Below are positions 7,543 through 17,588 of a stretch of DNA of 64,000 nucleotides, in pieces; position 1 is the stretch's first letter, and every line of letters starts with the position of its first letter. Source of the stretch: Chloroflexota bacterium (GTDB lineage: Bacteria; Chloroflexota; Anaerolineae; UBA4142); contig JACRPR010000072.1 in assembly GCA_016223105.1 (NCBI GenBank), positions 7,982 through 71,981 of the forward strand, given 5' to 3'. The notes beneath the pieces are model-generated. The model was given only the letters and a program-made list of their open reading frames with translations. It did not search any database and was not told the origin of the DNA. Made by a program: the position numbers and the translations under genes.

Positions 7543-9208
7543 ATTTCACGCGAAATTTGCCGCGTTGTGCGAAATGCGAATTGATGTAGAGTTCAATCGC
7601 GTACTCGCCGGGATCGAAAACGAATGTGTCCGTGTACCCCGGGCTCATCAAGCGATGCGCCGCGCCGGTCGCATCCAACTCCCAGGGCACGATCAGTCGC
7701 CACGACGGGTCCTCCGCGCCGTTGATGTACACTTTGAAAATGACCTGGTCGCCCTTTTTCATTCCCGCGTAATCGAACAACGCCGCGATCTCAACCGTGC
7801 CGTATTCAAATTCAGTGTCCTCCGCATAATCGGTAATGTTGCCTTTGGCGTCGTACTCCGGTTCGCCAAACGTAAACGCACCGATTTTCGCGGTGAGCGA
7901 TCCGACCGGCGGTTTGCCGGTGTACTCGAGCGCGACCGCAAGCCCTTTGAGTTGCGCGATCAGCGACTGCGCGATGGGGCGCGCGAGATCCGCGTTCGCG
8001 ATTTTTGCGCGCGGCGGTTCGCCTGTGCCGGTCGCGATCACTTGCAACAAATCATCCAGGTCAATCGCCGCGGTGTCGAGCGCCCACCACAAATTGTACG
8101 GCGGTTCTTTCCCGGCAGATTTGGCGTCCGCGACCTGGTTCGCGGCGGCGTTCATCCCTTCCACGTACGTCGCGGACGCGTCGGACGATTTGCCGGACGC
8201 GAGGAGCGCGAGCGCGAGATTGAAGCGAATCCATCCCTCGTTCGGATTTTCTTCGAGCGCGGCGCGATTCAAATCAATCGCGTTATCCAAGCGACCGAGC
8301 ATATAGTACGACCACGCGAGATTCCCGGCGATGTGCGCGCTCTTCGCATCCAACGCGCGCGCGCGTTCGTAACTCGGCACCGCCGCCGCGTAATCGCCCA
8401 ACTCGGCGTACGTATCCGCGCGATCCACGAGCGCGCTCGTGTAATCGGGCGCGGCTTGGATCGCGCGATCAAATTCCGCGATCGCTGGCTTGTGCAAACC
8501 TTGATGCGCGAGTCCGATGCCGCGCGCGTATGCCGGAATCGCGGCGCCGCGTTCGCGCAAATCCGGCACGGGTTGAATCAACAAAATGCCCGCCCACCCA
8601 ATCGCGACAAATGTAACGACAATGCCGGTCGCAGAAAAAATGACGCGCGCCGCCGCGCCGGAAATCAAGCCCGCCATACCGAGCAGAAACAACGCGACCG
8701 CGAGCAACGTGAGATGAATGATGTACGTGTTCGCTTTGTAATCCCACGCTTCTTTAACTGCGGTCGCGGCTTTGAATTTTTCGGTCAGTTCGGTGATCTC
8801 GACCAAGTACGTTTCGGCTTCGTACTTGGCAACGTTCAGATCGCCTTTCGCGCGATCAAAGTACGGCGGCGCGAGCAGGGGCGAAAGTTTTACGATTTTA
8901 TCGCGGAGCGCGGTGTACCGGCGCGCGGCATCCGGTTCGCCGCGTTTCGTCGCCGAGTCCGCGAGGATGCCGAGTTCGTACCATTGCTGATACGCTTTGT
9001 TGTAATCGTAATTCACGCGCGCGTCGCCGCTGACCTTGCGTCCGAACGCTTCGAGCGCGTAACGTTTGCTGTCACGATTCGCGCGATCATCGCGTTGCGC
9101 CGCGTCTGCTTGCAAGAACGCGATGATCGCCGCGAGCGCGGTGATCGTCGCGATCAAAACCGCGATGATTTGTTTGCCGCACCCGGTTTGGGAAGATGAT
9201 TGACTCAT
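7541..9208 (-). CDS. Membrane protein: TM, long helical region, 2 TM, TPR repeats, C-terminal beta-rich domain
   Basis: ATG 9208 (AAGGA upstream); the longer 9277 start is rejected. TPR-like repeats (AIAEFDRAIQAAPDYTSALVDRADTYAELGDYAAAVPSYERALDAK...). Function unknown. Confidence 0.6.
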   Translation of the reverse strand: MSQSSSQTGCGKQIIAVLIATITALAAIIAFLQADAAQRDDRANRDSKRYALEAFGRKVSGDARVNYDYNKAYQQWYELGILADSATKRGEPDAARRYTALRDKIVKLSPLLAPPYFDRAKGDLNVAKYEAETYLVEITELTEKFKAATAVKEAWDYKANTYIIHLTLLAVALFLLGMAGLISGAAARVIFSATGIVVTFVAIGWAGILLIQPVPDLRERGAAIPAYARGIGLAHQGLHKPAIAEFDRAIQAAPDYTSALVDRADTYAELGDYAAAVPSYERARALDAKSAHIAGNLAWSYYMLGRLDNAIDLNRAALEENPNEGWIRFNLALALLASGKSSDASATYVEGMNAAANQVADAKSAGKEPPYNLWWALDTAAIDLDDLLQVIATGTGEPPRAKIANADLARPIAQSLIAQLKGLAVALEYTGKPPVGSLTAKIGAFTFGEPEYDAKGNITDYAEDTEFEYGTVEIAALFDYAGMKKGDQVIFKVYINGAEDPSWRLIVPWELDATGAAHRLMSPGYTDTFVFDPGEYAIELYINSHFAQRGKFRVK

Positions 9209-9248
9209 TAAAATTATCCTTGCGAATTTTGAAATTCTAAATCCAATA

Positions 9249-9373
9249 CCTTCGCCAAAATCTTCCCACTGATTCAAAGGAACACGGATGAAGGAAAATA
9301 AATTGAAAATATCCGTGTTCTCGCGAAGCGTATCCGTGGGGAATTTTTTCGTTCGTGCAAGAATTGGCGAAGG
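9249..9373 (+). repeat. MITE-like element, family T (copy 2 of 2)
   Basis: CCTTCGCCAAAATCTTCCCACTGATTCAAAGGAACACGGATG...GAATTGGCGAAGG. Matches 191-310. Confidence 0.75.
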
Positions 9374-9407
9374 TTTTGTAAATCGGCAATGAATTTTTGC
9401 GCGAACT

Positions 9408-9498
9408 GGATTCGACCCCTTCGGCTTCGTTCAGGGCAATTGGCTTCAGCGCGCGGAGCGGTTTGTCCGGCCGAGCCACCGCGTAAACGCTCGACTCC
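9408..9498 (+). repeat. MITE-like element, family M, long form
   Basis: GGATTCGACCCCTTCGGCTTCGTTCAGGGCAATTGGCTTCAGCG...CCGCGTAAACGCTCGACTCC. Abuts the stop codon of gene 9500..10186. Confidence 0.8.
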
Positions 9499-9499
9499 A

Positions 9500-10186
9500 T
9501 TAGCGGATCACCAATTCGATCAGAATCGTTCCGGCAGTTCCAACGAACGTCAACACCGCGCCGAGCGCGAGCGGCGCGTAACGTAAACAGCCGCGCATCA
9601 CCTCGACTACCGTGAACGAGACCAAGCCGAACGAAAGCAGGACGACCATTCCCAACAAGCCGAGTGTTTTGCCGCGCAATTTTTCCGCGTCGTCGAATTG
9701 CGGTTCCGGGTTTAGATCTTTTTCGCGCGCGGCGTCCGCCCACATTTCGCCCAACTGTCTCTGCAGAGCGTACGTGCCATCGCGATTCAAAAAGCGATTC
9801 GGAAATAAATGTTGATTCGCGATCGCGAGATCGTGCGCTTCGAGCCGTTGTTGTTCGATCACGTTCGCGTCTTCGCCTTTGCCGGCTTGATCTTTTACCA
9901 TCATTTCGCCGAGTTGATCGTGGCGCAAGTACGCGGTGAACGCGCCGTAATTTTCGTACGCGTTCACAAAATTGAGCGCGCGCGTTTCTTCGACGTTCGT
10001 CATCGCGCGCAAGCCCGCGAAATCCGCGTCGCCCGCGGCATCCGCCGCGACCGACGCGCGCCACACCACGACCGCGCCGATCACAGTAACGAGCGCCATC
10101 AAAATCGCGATGACGGTTTGAAAACGATCATCGTTTTTTTCGACCGCGTTATTTTCGACGGCGGCAAAACTTTCGGGATTTTCCAT
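9500..10186 (-). CDS. Membrane protein (TM, ~170-aa helical region, 2 TM) with the same architecture as the N-terminal module of 7541..9208
   Basis: ATG 10186 with GGAGG RBS; the upstream extension to 10303 is repeat-encoded. Bracketed by two family M copies. Confidence 0.5.
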   Translation of the reverse strand: MENPESFAAVENNAVEKNDDRFQTVIAILMALVTVIGAVVVWRASVAADAAGDADFAGLRAMTNVEETRALNFVNAYENYGAFTAYLRHDQLGEMMVKDQAGKGEDANVIEQQRLEAHDLAIANQHLFPNRFLNRDGTYALQRQLGEMWADAAREKDLNPEPQFDDAEKLRGKTLGLLGMVVLLSFGLVSFTVVEVMRGCLRYAPLALGAVLTFVGTAGTILIELVIR

Positions 10187-10218
10187 TGCGCCTCCAAAAG
10201 GAATCGAACGACGTGACC

Positions 10219-10277
10219 GGACTCGACGCTTTAGCGGGTTGCTCGTCAAGCGAGTCACCGCGTAAACGCTCGACTCC
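10219..10277 (+). repeat. MITE-like element, family M, short form
   Basis: GGACTCGACGCTTTAGCGGGTTGCTCGTCAAGCGAGTCACCGCGTAAACGCTCGACTCC. Confidence 0.8.
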
Positions 10278-10365
10278 ATCATTTGTTCCTCATCTACGAT
10301 CAAGAATCGTCTTCAGGTAGGAATCGAATGTAGCATAGCGGAGTTGGGGTTGTCAAGGTGGGAAA

Positions 10366-10402
10366 CAAAAACCCGAAAGGTTTTCGAAAACCTTTCGGGT
10401 TT
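10366..10402 (-). terminator. Family P-like palindrome with U-tract, terminator of the FKBP gene
   Basis: AAACCCGAAAGGTTTTCGAAAACCTTTCGGGTTT, followed on the minus strand by TTTTGTTT. Lies 8 nt after the stop at 10410. Confidence 0.7.
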
Positions 10403-10409
10403 ATCGCTT

Positions 10410-10802
10410 TCATTTCACATCCAACAACTCGACTTCGAACACGAGCGTCGCGTTTGGTGGAATCACACCGCCCGCGCCGCGCGCGCCGTAACCCAGTTCC
10501 GGCGGAATCGTCAATTTGCGTTTGCCGCCGACTTTCATTCCGGCGACGCCTTGATCCCAGCCCTTGATCACTTGCCCCGCGCCCAGCACAAACGTGAATG
10601 GTTCTTTGCGATCATACGATGCATCGAATTGTTTGCCATCGGTCAATGTGCCGCGATAATGGACCGTAACGCGATTACCGACTTTCGCTTCCGCGCCGGT
10701 GCCGATTTGCAAATCCTGGATCACCAATTGATTTGGATTCGCCGGCGCGGAACACGCGACAACCGTGACCAGGATCGCGATCAATCCGAAGAATTTTTTC
10801 AT
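10410..10802 (-). CDS. FKBP-type peptidyl-prolyl cis-trans isomerase, lipoprotein
   Basis: [17 protein letters not shown] signal/lipobox. Complete FKBP domain ending ...[27 protein letters not shown]. Confidence 0.88.
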   Translation of the reverse strand: MKKFFGLIAILVTVVACSAPANPNQLVIQDLQIGTGAEAKVGNRVTVHYRGTLTDGKQFDASYDRKEPFTFVLGAGQVIKGWDQGVAGMKVGGKRKLTIPPELGYGARGAGGVIPPNATLVFEVELLDVK

Positions 10803-10836
10803 CGCGTTATCCAACCTCTAACAATTCGACTTCGAA

Positions 10837-11088
10837 CTAACCCAGCTCCGGCGGAATCGTCAGTTTGCGTTTGCCGCCGACCTTCATCCCGGCGACGCCT
10901 TGATCCCAGCCCTGGATCACTTGCCCCGCGCCAAGCGCAAACGCAAACGGTTGCATGCGATCGTACGACGCATCGAATTGTTTGCCGTTCGTCAACGTGC
11001 CGCGATAATGCACGGTGACGCGTTTGCCCGCGACCGCTTCCGCACCCGCGCCGATTTGCAAATCTTCAATTATAAGTTGGTTCGACAA
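10837..11088 (-). pseudogene. Truncated tandem FKBP duplicate (a 48-nt internal deletion creates a TAG)
   Basis: TTG start at 11088 after AAGGAG. Aligns with 10410..10802 up to PPELG, then TAG at 10837-10839. The in-frame remnant FEVELLEVG* follows. Confidence 0.65.
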
Positions 11089-11104
11089 TTTGATCTCCTT
11101 GGAA

Positions 11105-11180
11105 TTTAGATGTTGGAAATTGGAGGTTAGAAGTTGGAACGCGCAATCCAACTTCCAACTTCTAACATCCAACATCCAAT
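11105..11180. repeat. Word-repeat hairpin (GGAAGTT/GGATGTT words) downstream of metK
   Basis: GATGTTGGAAATTGGAGGTTAGAAGTTGGA-acgcgca-ATCCAACTTCCAACTTCTAACATCCAACATC. Confidence 0.75.
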
Positions 11181-11181
11181 T

Positions 11182-12387
11182 TTACAGACCCGCTTCCGCG
11201 CGAATCGCTTCCACCTTGTCCATCACTTCCCAGGGCGCGTCAATATCGTGGCGACCGAAATGTCCGTACGCCGCGGTCGGTTGAAAGATCGGTCGGCGCA
11301 AATTCAAATCGCGAATGATCGCCGCAGGGCGCAGATCGAAATGTTTGTTCGCGAGCTCGACGATTTTTTGATGCGGAATTTTTTCCGTGCCGAACGTTTC
11401 GACCATCACCGAGAGCGGGCGCGCGACGCCAATCGCGTATGCGACCTGGACTTCGAGGCGTTCCGCGAGTCCGGCGGCGACCAGGTTTTTCGCGACGTAA
11501 CGCGCCATATACGCGCCAGAGCGATCCACCTTCGTCGGGTCTTTGCCGGAGAACGCGCCGCCGCCGTGCCGCGCGATTCCGCCGTACGTGTCCACGATAA
11601 TCTTGCGCCCGGTCAACCCGGCATCGCCAACGGGACCGCCGATGTTGAATCGCCCGGTCGGGTTCACAAAGTATTTTGTTTTCGCGTCGAGCAGATGTGG
11701 CGGGATGATCATTTTCATCACTTGCTCGATCACATCGTCCTTGATTTTTTGTTGCGTGACATTGTCGAGATGCTGGGTCGAGATCAACACCGTGTCCACG
11801 CGCACCGGTCTGCCGTGCGCGTACTCGACCGTAACCTGGGATTTGCCATCGGGTCCGAGGTACGGCAACGCGCCGTTCTTGCGAACTTGCGCGAGTCGCT
11901 TGACGAGTTGATGCGCGAGCGAAATTGTGAGCGGCATATATTCCGCGGTTTCGTTGCACGCGAATCCGATCATCATGCCTTGATCGCCCGCGCCGATCTT
12001 GTCGATCGGATCGCCGCCGCCGTCGCGCACTTCGAGCGCGTCGTTCACGCCTTGTGCGATGTCGGGCGATTGCTTTTTGATCGCGGTTAAAATTCCGGCG
12101 GTCTTCCAATCGAGCCAGTATTTCGAATCGTTGTAGCCGATTTGTTCGAGCGTTTTTTGCACAACCTCGTACGGATTGAACGACGCGGTCGTCGTGATTT
12201 CGCCCATCACCGCGACCAAGCCGCCGCTCGCCGCCGCTTCGCACGCGACGCGCCCCATCGGGTCTTGCGTGTAAATCGCGTCGAGCACGCCGTCGGAAAT
12301 TTGATCGCACACTTTATCGGGATGCCCTTCCGTCACCGATTCCGAAGTCAAATACAATTGTGATGCGGACATGAAAGTAGTACTCAT
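11182..12387 (-). CDS. metK: S-adenosylmethionine synthetase
   Basis: [27 protein letters not shown] and [19 protein letters not shown] motifs. Confidence 0.96.
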   Translation of the reverse strand: MSTTFMSASQLYLTSESVTEGHPDKVCDQISDGVLDAIYTQDPMGRVACEAAASGGLVAVMGEITTTASFNPYEVVQKTLEQIGYNDSKYWLDWKTAGILTAIKKQSPDIAQGVNDALEVRDGGGDPIDKIGAGDQGMMIGFACNETAEYMPLTISLAHQLVKRLAQVRKNGALPYLGPDGKSQVTVEYAHGRPVRVDTVLISTQHLDNVTQQKIKDDVIEQVMKMIIPPHLLDAKTKYFVNPTGRFNIGGPVGDAGLTGRKIIVDTYGGIARHGGGAFSGKDPTKVDRSGAYMARYVAKNLVAAGLAERLEVQVAYAIGVARPLSVMVETFGTEKIPHQKIVELANKHFDLRPAAIIRDLNLRRPIFQPTAAYGHFGRHDIDAPWEVMDKVEAIRAEAGL

Positions 12388-12406
12388 TTATTTGCTCCTC
12401 ATTTTT

Positions 12407-12467
12407 GATTTCAAATTTCAAATTTCAGATTGATGAATCTGAAATCTGCAATCTGAAATCTGAAATT
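12407..12467. repeat. Word-repeat hairpin (GATTTCA/AATCTGA words) between ahcY and metK
   Basis: GATTTCAAATTTCAAATTTCAGATT-gatga-ATCTGAAATCTGCAATCTGAAATCTGAAAT. Confidence 0.8.
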
Positions 12468-12468
12468 C

Positions 12469-13764
<1,296 letters not shown>

Positions 13765-13794
13765 TTAGAAGTTGGATGTTGGAAGTTAGATGTT

Positions 13795-13879
13795 GGATTC
13801 GACCCCTTCGGCTTCGCTCAGGGCAATTGGCTTTAGCGGGTTGTTCGCTCGCGGAAAAACCGCGTAAACGCTCGACTCC
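13795..13879 (+). repeat. MITE-like element, family M, long form
   Basis: GGATTCGACCCCTTCGGCTTCGCTCAGGGCAATTGGCTTTAGCGGGTTGTTCGCTCGCGGAAAAACCGCGTAAACGCTCGACTCC. Confidence 0.85.
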
Positions 13880-13924
13880 CACTCGCGACTCAACATCTTT
13901 TGTGGAACAATTGATTTTTGAATT

Positions 13925-14506
13925 TTACAAACGACGCGAAATTTCGAAACGACACGCGGAATGATTTTGCGCGATGCACGCGCTTTCGCGCGCGTCCATT
14001 TCCACGTCGAACAAAAACGAAACGAGTCCGGCGATATAGCCGGCGAGCATCGCGCAACGCGGCATCAACTTGGCATCTTCGATTCGAGTCGCCGCGCCGC
14101 GCGCGGTGAATTTCGCGAGCGCGCCTTGCGCGAGAAATGAATTGTGCGCGATCACTGCGCCCGCGTGTTGCGCGTAATCGAGTTGGAAATCCAACTTTGC
14201 CCAACCGAGCGCGGCGTAAAAATCGGCGTAAAATTTTTCGAGTGCGGGTTTATCGGCAACGTCAATCTTGTTCGCGTTCGCGAGCGCGGCGGCGGTGCGT
14301 TTGCCGGCGCGCTTGCCGCCGAGATACAAACGCGCGTCCACAAACTTTTCGCCAAGCACGAGATAGAAATCGTCCATCACGTCGGCAATCGTGGACGCAC
14401 TCATCACAAACGCGCGCACGCCGATAAATTTGAGCGCGGCATCGTGATCGAATTGGAGTGTGCCGCTCAATTTGTACAAGTTCGACCCAGCATCGGGCGT
14501 TGCCAT
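13925..14506 (-). CDS. Stand-alone V4R (4-vinyl-reductase-like) small-molecule-binding domain protein
   Basis: ATG 14506 with GGAGG RBS; the longer ORF start lies in a repeat. C-terminal pattern CAMLAGYIAGLVSFLF...ESACIAQNHSACRFEI is typical of V4R domains. Confidence 0.55.
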   Translation of the reverse strand: MATPDAGSNLYKLSGTLQFDHDAALKFIGVRAFVMSASTIADVMDDFYLVLGEKFVDARLYLGGKRAGKRTAAALANANKIDVADKPALEKFYADFYAALGWAKLDFQLDYAQHAGAVIAHNSFLAQGALAKFTARGAATRIEDAKLMPRCAMLAGYIAGLVSFLFDVEMDARESACIAQNHSACRFEISRRL

Positions 14507-14530
14507 TGTCAGACCTCCGTCAGTCTGCGT

Positions 14531-14564
14531 AGACCCGAAGGGTTTTCGAAAACCCTTCGAGTCT
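14531..14564. repeat. Palindrome family P copy, intercistronic
   Basis: AGACCCGAAGGGTTTTCGAAAACCCTTCGAGTCT, between the kinase stop (14568) and the V4R start (14506). Confidence 0.85.
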
Positions 14565-14567
14565 GGT

Positions 14568-15512
14568 TCACAAGTCCGGCGCGCTCCCAAACGCGTCGCG
14601 ATAACGCGCGGCAAATTCTTGCAAAGTGTATTTGTGATTCTGCGTGCCGTACTCTTCGAGCGCGTACGTCGCGGCAAGACTACCCAAGCGACCGGTATTT
14701 TCCCACGCCGATTTTTTCAAATAGCCCTTGATGATCCCGGCGCGATACGCGTCGCCGACGCCGGTCGGATCGGCTTGGCGACGCGCCGACACAATCGGCA
14801 CCGTGATCATTTTGCCGTCCGCGTGGATGCGCGATCCCTTGTCGCCGAGCGTAATGATCAGCGTTTGCGTTTCGTGCGCGACCTGGTCATCGTTCCAGCC
14901 GGTTTTATTTTTCAGCATTTCAAATTCGTACTCGTTGACAATCGTCAGCGCGGAACCGCGCACGCCGTCCGCAAGTTCGTCGCCGCTCAAGCGAATGATC
15001 TGCTGGCTCGGATCGTAAATGTACGGCAGATTCAATTCTTTGCACTCGCGCGCGTACTGCACCATTGCGCGCGGATCGTTCGGTGAAATCACGACGAGAT
15101 CAATTTCGCCGGGCGCGTGTTGCTTGAACGAAAGCGTGTGCGCGTGCGCCATCGCGCCGGTGTAAAACATCGCGATCTGATTTTGCGTGCCGTCGGTACT
15201 GACGAAAAACGACGCGGTGAAATCGTCTGCGATTTCGATGATCGCGCGCGTGTCAATGTTATTCGCTTCGAGCCACGCGCGATAATCGGAAAAATCTTGA
15301 CCGACCGTCGCCATAATCCTGGGGCGCTCGCCGAGCAGAGCGAGATTGTACGCGATGTTCGTCGCGACGCCGCCGCGCTGTTTCTTCATCGAGTCCACGA
15401 GAAACGAGACGGACAAGGTTGCGATTTTTTCCGGCAAGATGTGATCTTTGAAATAGCCGGGAAATTGCATAATGTAATCGTAGGCAATCGAGCCGGTAAT
15501 GAGGACGCTCAT
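14568..15512 (-). CDS. PfkB-family sugar/nucleoside kinase, probable adenosine kinase
   Basis: 314 aa, ribokinase-like fold, C-terminal DPTGVGDAYRAG anion-hole motif. The adenosine-kinase call is inferred from the ahcY/metK/mtnA context. Confidence 0.7.
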   Translation of the reverse strand: MSVLITGSIAYDYIMQFPGYFKDHILPEKIATLSVSFLVDSMKKQRGGVATNIAYNLALLGERPRIMATVGQDFSDYRAWLEANNIDTRAIIEIADDFTASFFVSTDGTQNQIAMFYTGAMAHAHTLSFKQHAPGEIDLVVISPNDPRAMVQYARECKELNLPYIYDPSQQIIRLSGDELADGVRGSALTIVNEYEFEMLKNKTGWNDDQVAHETQTLIITLGDKGSRIHADGKMITVPIVSARRQADPTGVGDAYRAGIIKGYLKKSAWENTGRLGSLAATYALEEYGTQNHKYTLQEFAARYRDAFGSAPDL

Positions 15513-15589
15513 TCGAACTCCAGTAAATAGTGATCAGTGAACAGTGGACAGTGAACAGTGAACAGGTTTATTCTTCCACGATAAATGCC

Positions 15590-16066
15590 TTATAATTTGA
15601 ATCGCCGCGCAAACTCGGCGGGTGTCAAAATCGGGATTCGCTGAAATGATTTGAGTACGGTCAGATCGCGATCGCCGGAGACGATGTAATCCGCATCGCC
15701 TTCAACCGCGCAAGCGAGAATTGCTACATCTTTGGGATCACGCAACGCGCTTACCGGTTTTTTAATGCCAGGCGTGATCACCGCGCTCGTCACCAAGAAA
15801 TCTACCAACGCGTCGCCGCGCTCTGCCACCTGTGCGTATTTTTTAGTGATATGTGGTCGGCGGATGGTAGTTTGATATTCCTCGATCAAGTAGCGTGAGG
15901 TGAGTAGCATGATCTGACCATTCCGCGCCGCTTGAAAAATCCGCGCGGAAGGACTGAGCGTTACGATGCTCGCACTGACCAGGACATTGGTGTCAATGAC
16001 GACTCGGGGCAAATTTCTCCGCGCGAATTTCGTGAACCACGCGATTAACATCCGCCATAACTTCAT
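15590..16066 (-). CDS. PIN-domain toxin (VapC-like)
   Basis: RVVIDTNVLVSA N-terminal acidic motif and later D residues (GDADYIVSGDRDL). The start is ambiguous (ATG 16066, ATG 16051 or an internal TTG). Overlaps the antitoxin 3' end. Confidence 0.7.
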   Translation of the reverse strand: MKLWRMLIAWFTKFARRNLPRVVIDTNVLVSASIVTLSPSARIFQAARNGQIMLLTSRYLIEEYQTTIRRPHITKKYAQVAERGDALVDFLVTSAVITPGIKKPVSALRDPKDVAILACAVEGDADYIVSGDRDLTVLKSFQRIPILTPAEFARRFKL

Positions 16067-16247
16067 CTTCCGTGACTCCCGGATTGGCTTCGCGAATCGC
16101 TTGCAGGGCTTCGTCCAAGCGTTGATTCATCCGTTCACGCACATCATCGCTTAGCAATGCGCGCAAGCGCAATTTTTCCTCAAATGGCAATTGACGAATT
16201 GCCTCTAATAATTGATCAACGGTCAAATGTAAAGTTACCGTTGCCAT
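15993..16247 (-). CDS. Putative antitoxin (helical addiction-module component)
   Basis: 84 aa, immediately upstream of and overlapping the PIN gene. TVDQLLEAIRQLPFEEKLRLRALL resembles addiction-module antidote N-termini. Confidence 0.55.
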   Translation of the reverse strand: MATVTLHLTVDQLLEAIRQLPFEEKLRLRALLSDDVRERMNQRLDEALQAIREANPGVTEDEVMADVNRVVHEIRAEKFAPSRH

Positions 16248-16255
16248 GTTTCACC

Positions 16256-17293
16256 TCACTTGACTGCCCGCATCACCCGCGCTAGATTTTCTACAAACGG
16301 CGGACGCACGACGCCGCGTTCCGTTACGAGCGCGGTGATGTACTTGTGCGGCGTTACATCGAACGCGGGATTGCCGACGCGCACACCATCGGGCGCGATC
16401 GGCACGCCTTCGATGTGCGTTACTTCGCGCGCGTCGCGTTCTTCGATTTCGATCAGATCACCGTGCGCCAAATTCAGATCAATCGTCGAAGTTGGCATCA
16501 CCGCGTAAAATGGAATCCCATTTTCATGCGCGACGACCGCGACCTTGTACGTGCCGATCTTGTTCGCGACATCGCCGTTCGCCGCGACGCGATCCGATCC
16601 GACGAAACATTTTTTGACGACGCCTTTGCGAAGATAATGCCCCGCGGCATTGTCCGCGATCAACGTCATCGGCACGCCGTATTGCATCAATTCCCACGCG
16701 GTCAACCGCGCGCCTTGTAAACGCGGACGCGTTTCATCCACGAGGACGTGCACGCGCTTGCCTTGCCGATGCGCTTGAATGATGCAACCGAGCGCAGTGC
16801 CAACGTCAACGGTCGCGAGTGGTCCCGTGTTGCAGTGATGCAAAATCGTATCGCCGTCTTCGATCAATGCCGCGCCGTTCTGCGCCATCGCGGTATTGAT
16901 CGCGACATCTTCTTCCGCGATCGTTTGCGCGAGCGCGACGACGAAATCGCGCAAGCCGTGCGCGTCGAGATTCTGCGCGCGCGTCGCGTTCATCACGCGA
17001 TCCAACGCCCACATCAAATTGACCGCGGTCGGACGCGTGGCGCGCAAAATTTTTTCGGCGGCATCGAGATCGCGCAAAAATTCTTCGCGCGAAGTTGCGC
17101 GCGCTTCAATCGCCGCGAGCGCGAGACCGAACGCCGCCGCCGCGCCAATCGCCGGCGCGCCGCGAATCGTCATATCCTTGATCGCGTGTGCGACCGCGCG
17201 ATAATCGCGGCACTCGACGATTTCAAATTGGCGCGGCAGTTTGCGCTGGTCAATCATCTTGACGACATCACCGATCATTTCAATCGTTCGCAT
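16256..17293 (-). CDS. mtnA: S-methyl-5-thioribose-1-phosphate isomerase
   Basis: ATG 17293 (GGAGAG RBS). eIF-2B alpha/beta/delta family: [23 protein letters not shown] ... [19 protein letters not shown]. Confidence 0.85.
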   Translation of the reverse strand: MRTIEMIGDVVKMIDQRKLPRQFEIVECRDYRAVAHAIKDMTIRGAPAIGAAAAFGLALAAIEARATSREEFLRDLDAAEKILRATRPTAVNLMWALDRVMNATRAQNLDAHGLRDFVVALAQTIAEEDVAINTAMAQNGAALIEDGDTILHHCNTGPLATVDVGTALGCIIQAHRQGKRVHVLVDETRPRLQGARLTAWELMQYGVPMTLIADNAAGHYLRKGVVKKCFVGSDRVAANGDVANKIGTYKVAVVAHENGIPFYAVMPTSTIDLNLAHGDLIEIEERDAREVTHIEGVPIAPDGVRVGNPAFDVTPHKYITALVTERGVVRPPFVENLARVMRAVK

Positions 17294-17307
17294 CAATCTC
17301 TCCGAGC

Positions 17308-17535
17308 AAAAAAAAATCTCTCCGCGCAAGAGAGAGAACGTCAAAACACGCGTCTCATCTCCCAAGCCAAAGCACAGCGGCTTGCCGGAATTGGCACCGA
17401 TTTAGTTGGATAGTTGATTAGTTGGATAGTTGGTTAGTTGAATGTCAACTATCCAACTATGAAACTATATAACTATTGCACTACCGGTTGCCGAGGTTTC
17501 ACAGGGCCGATCCCTCCACCTCTCTGGATGAGTGT
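17308..17535 (-). promoter_or_regulatory. SAM-I (S-box) riboswitch with an intrinsic terminator, 5' of mtnA
   Basis: Minus-strand RNA: CUCAUCCAGAGAGGUGGAGGGAUCGGCCCUGUGAAACCUCGGCAACC-[~95-nt P3]-GGUGCCAAUUCCGGCAAGC...GGGAGAUGAG. This is followed by UCUCUC-uugcgcg-GAGAGA and U9. Confidence 0.88.
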
Positions 17536-17559
17536 CCAGTGGTATTTGATTGCGGAGAG

Positions 17560-17588
17560 TTTATAGCACAAGCGAAATGTTTTGTCAA
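17560..17588 (-). promoter_or_regulatory. Sigma-70-like promoter for the riboswitch-mtnA unit
   Basis: Minus strand TTGACA (17583-17588), 17-nt spacer, TATAAA (17560-17565). Confidence 0.5.

Noticed and set aside
7565-9199. 544-aa ORF on the + strand
   Set aside because: Antisense shadow of the TPR membrane-protein gene. The composition is extremely Arg-rich and low-complexity. The minus-strand frame has TM helices, TPR repeats and an RBS.
10837-10839. TAG in the second FKBP copy as a recoded (pyrrolysine or read-through) codon
   Set aside because: There are no pyl genes or recoding signals in the window. The TAG is created exactly at a 48-nt deletion junction that also removes active-site residues, so a pseudogene is the simpler reading.
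11134-12310. 318-aa (+) and 356-aa (-) alternative-frame ORFs over metK
   Set aside because: metK is unambiguous in its own frame. The alternatives are Arg-rich frame shadows.
12388-12468. Possible second SAM riboswitch upstream of metK or ahcY
   Set aside because: The metK upstream gap contains only the GATTTCA word hairpin. The ahcY upstream region (13735-13924) contains word repeats and a family M element. No S-box core motifs (GAGGGA...GCAACC...GGUGC) are present in either.
13925-14677. Long N-terminal extensions offered by the ORF track. Examples: 13925..14677, 5654 start of nosY, 23603..25588, 44557..46326, 38903..39955, 9500..10303, 57708..59024
   Set aside because: The extra N-terminal residues are translations of repeat elements or hairpins. 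Internal ATGs with good RBSs, signal peptides or ATGA coupling give the biologically sensible starts listed in the features.
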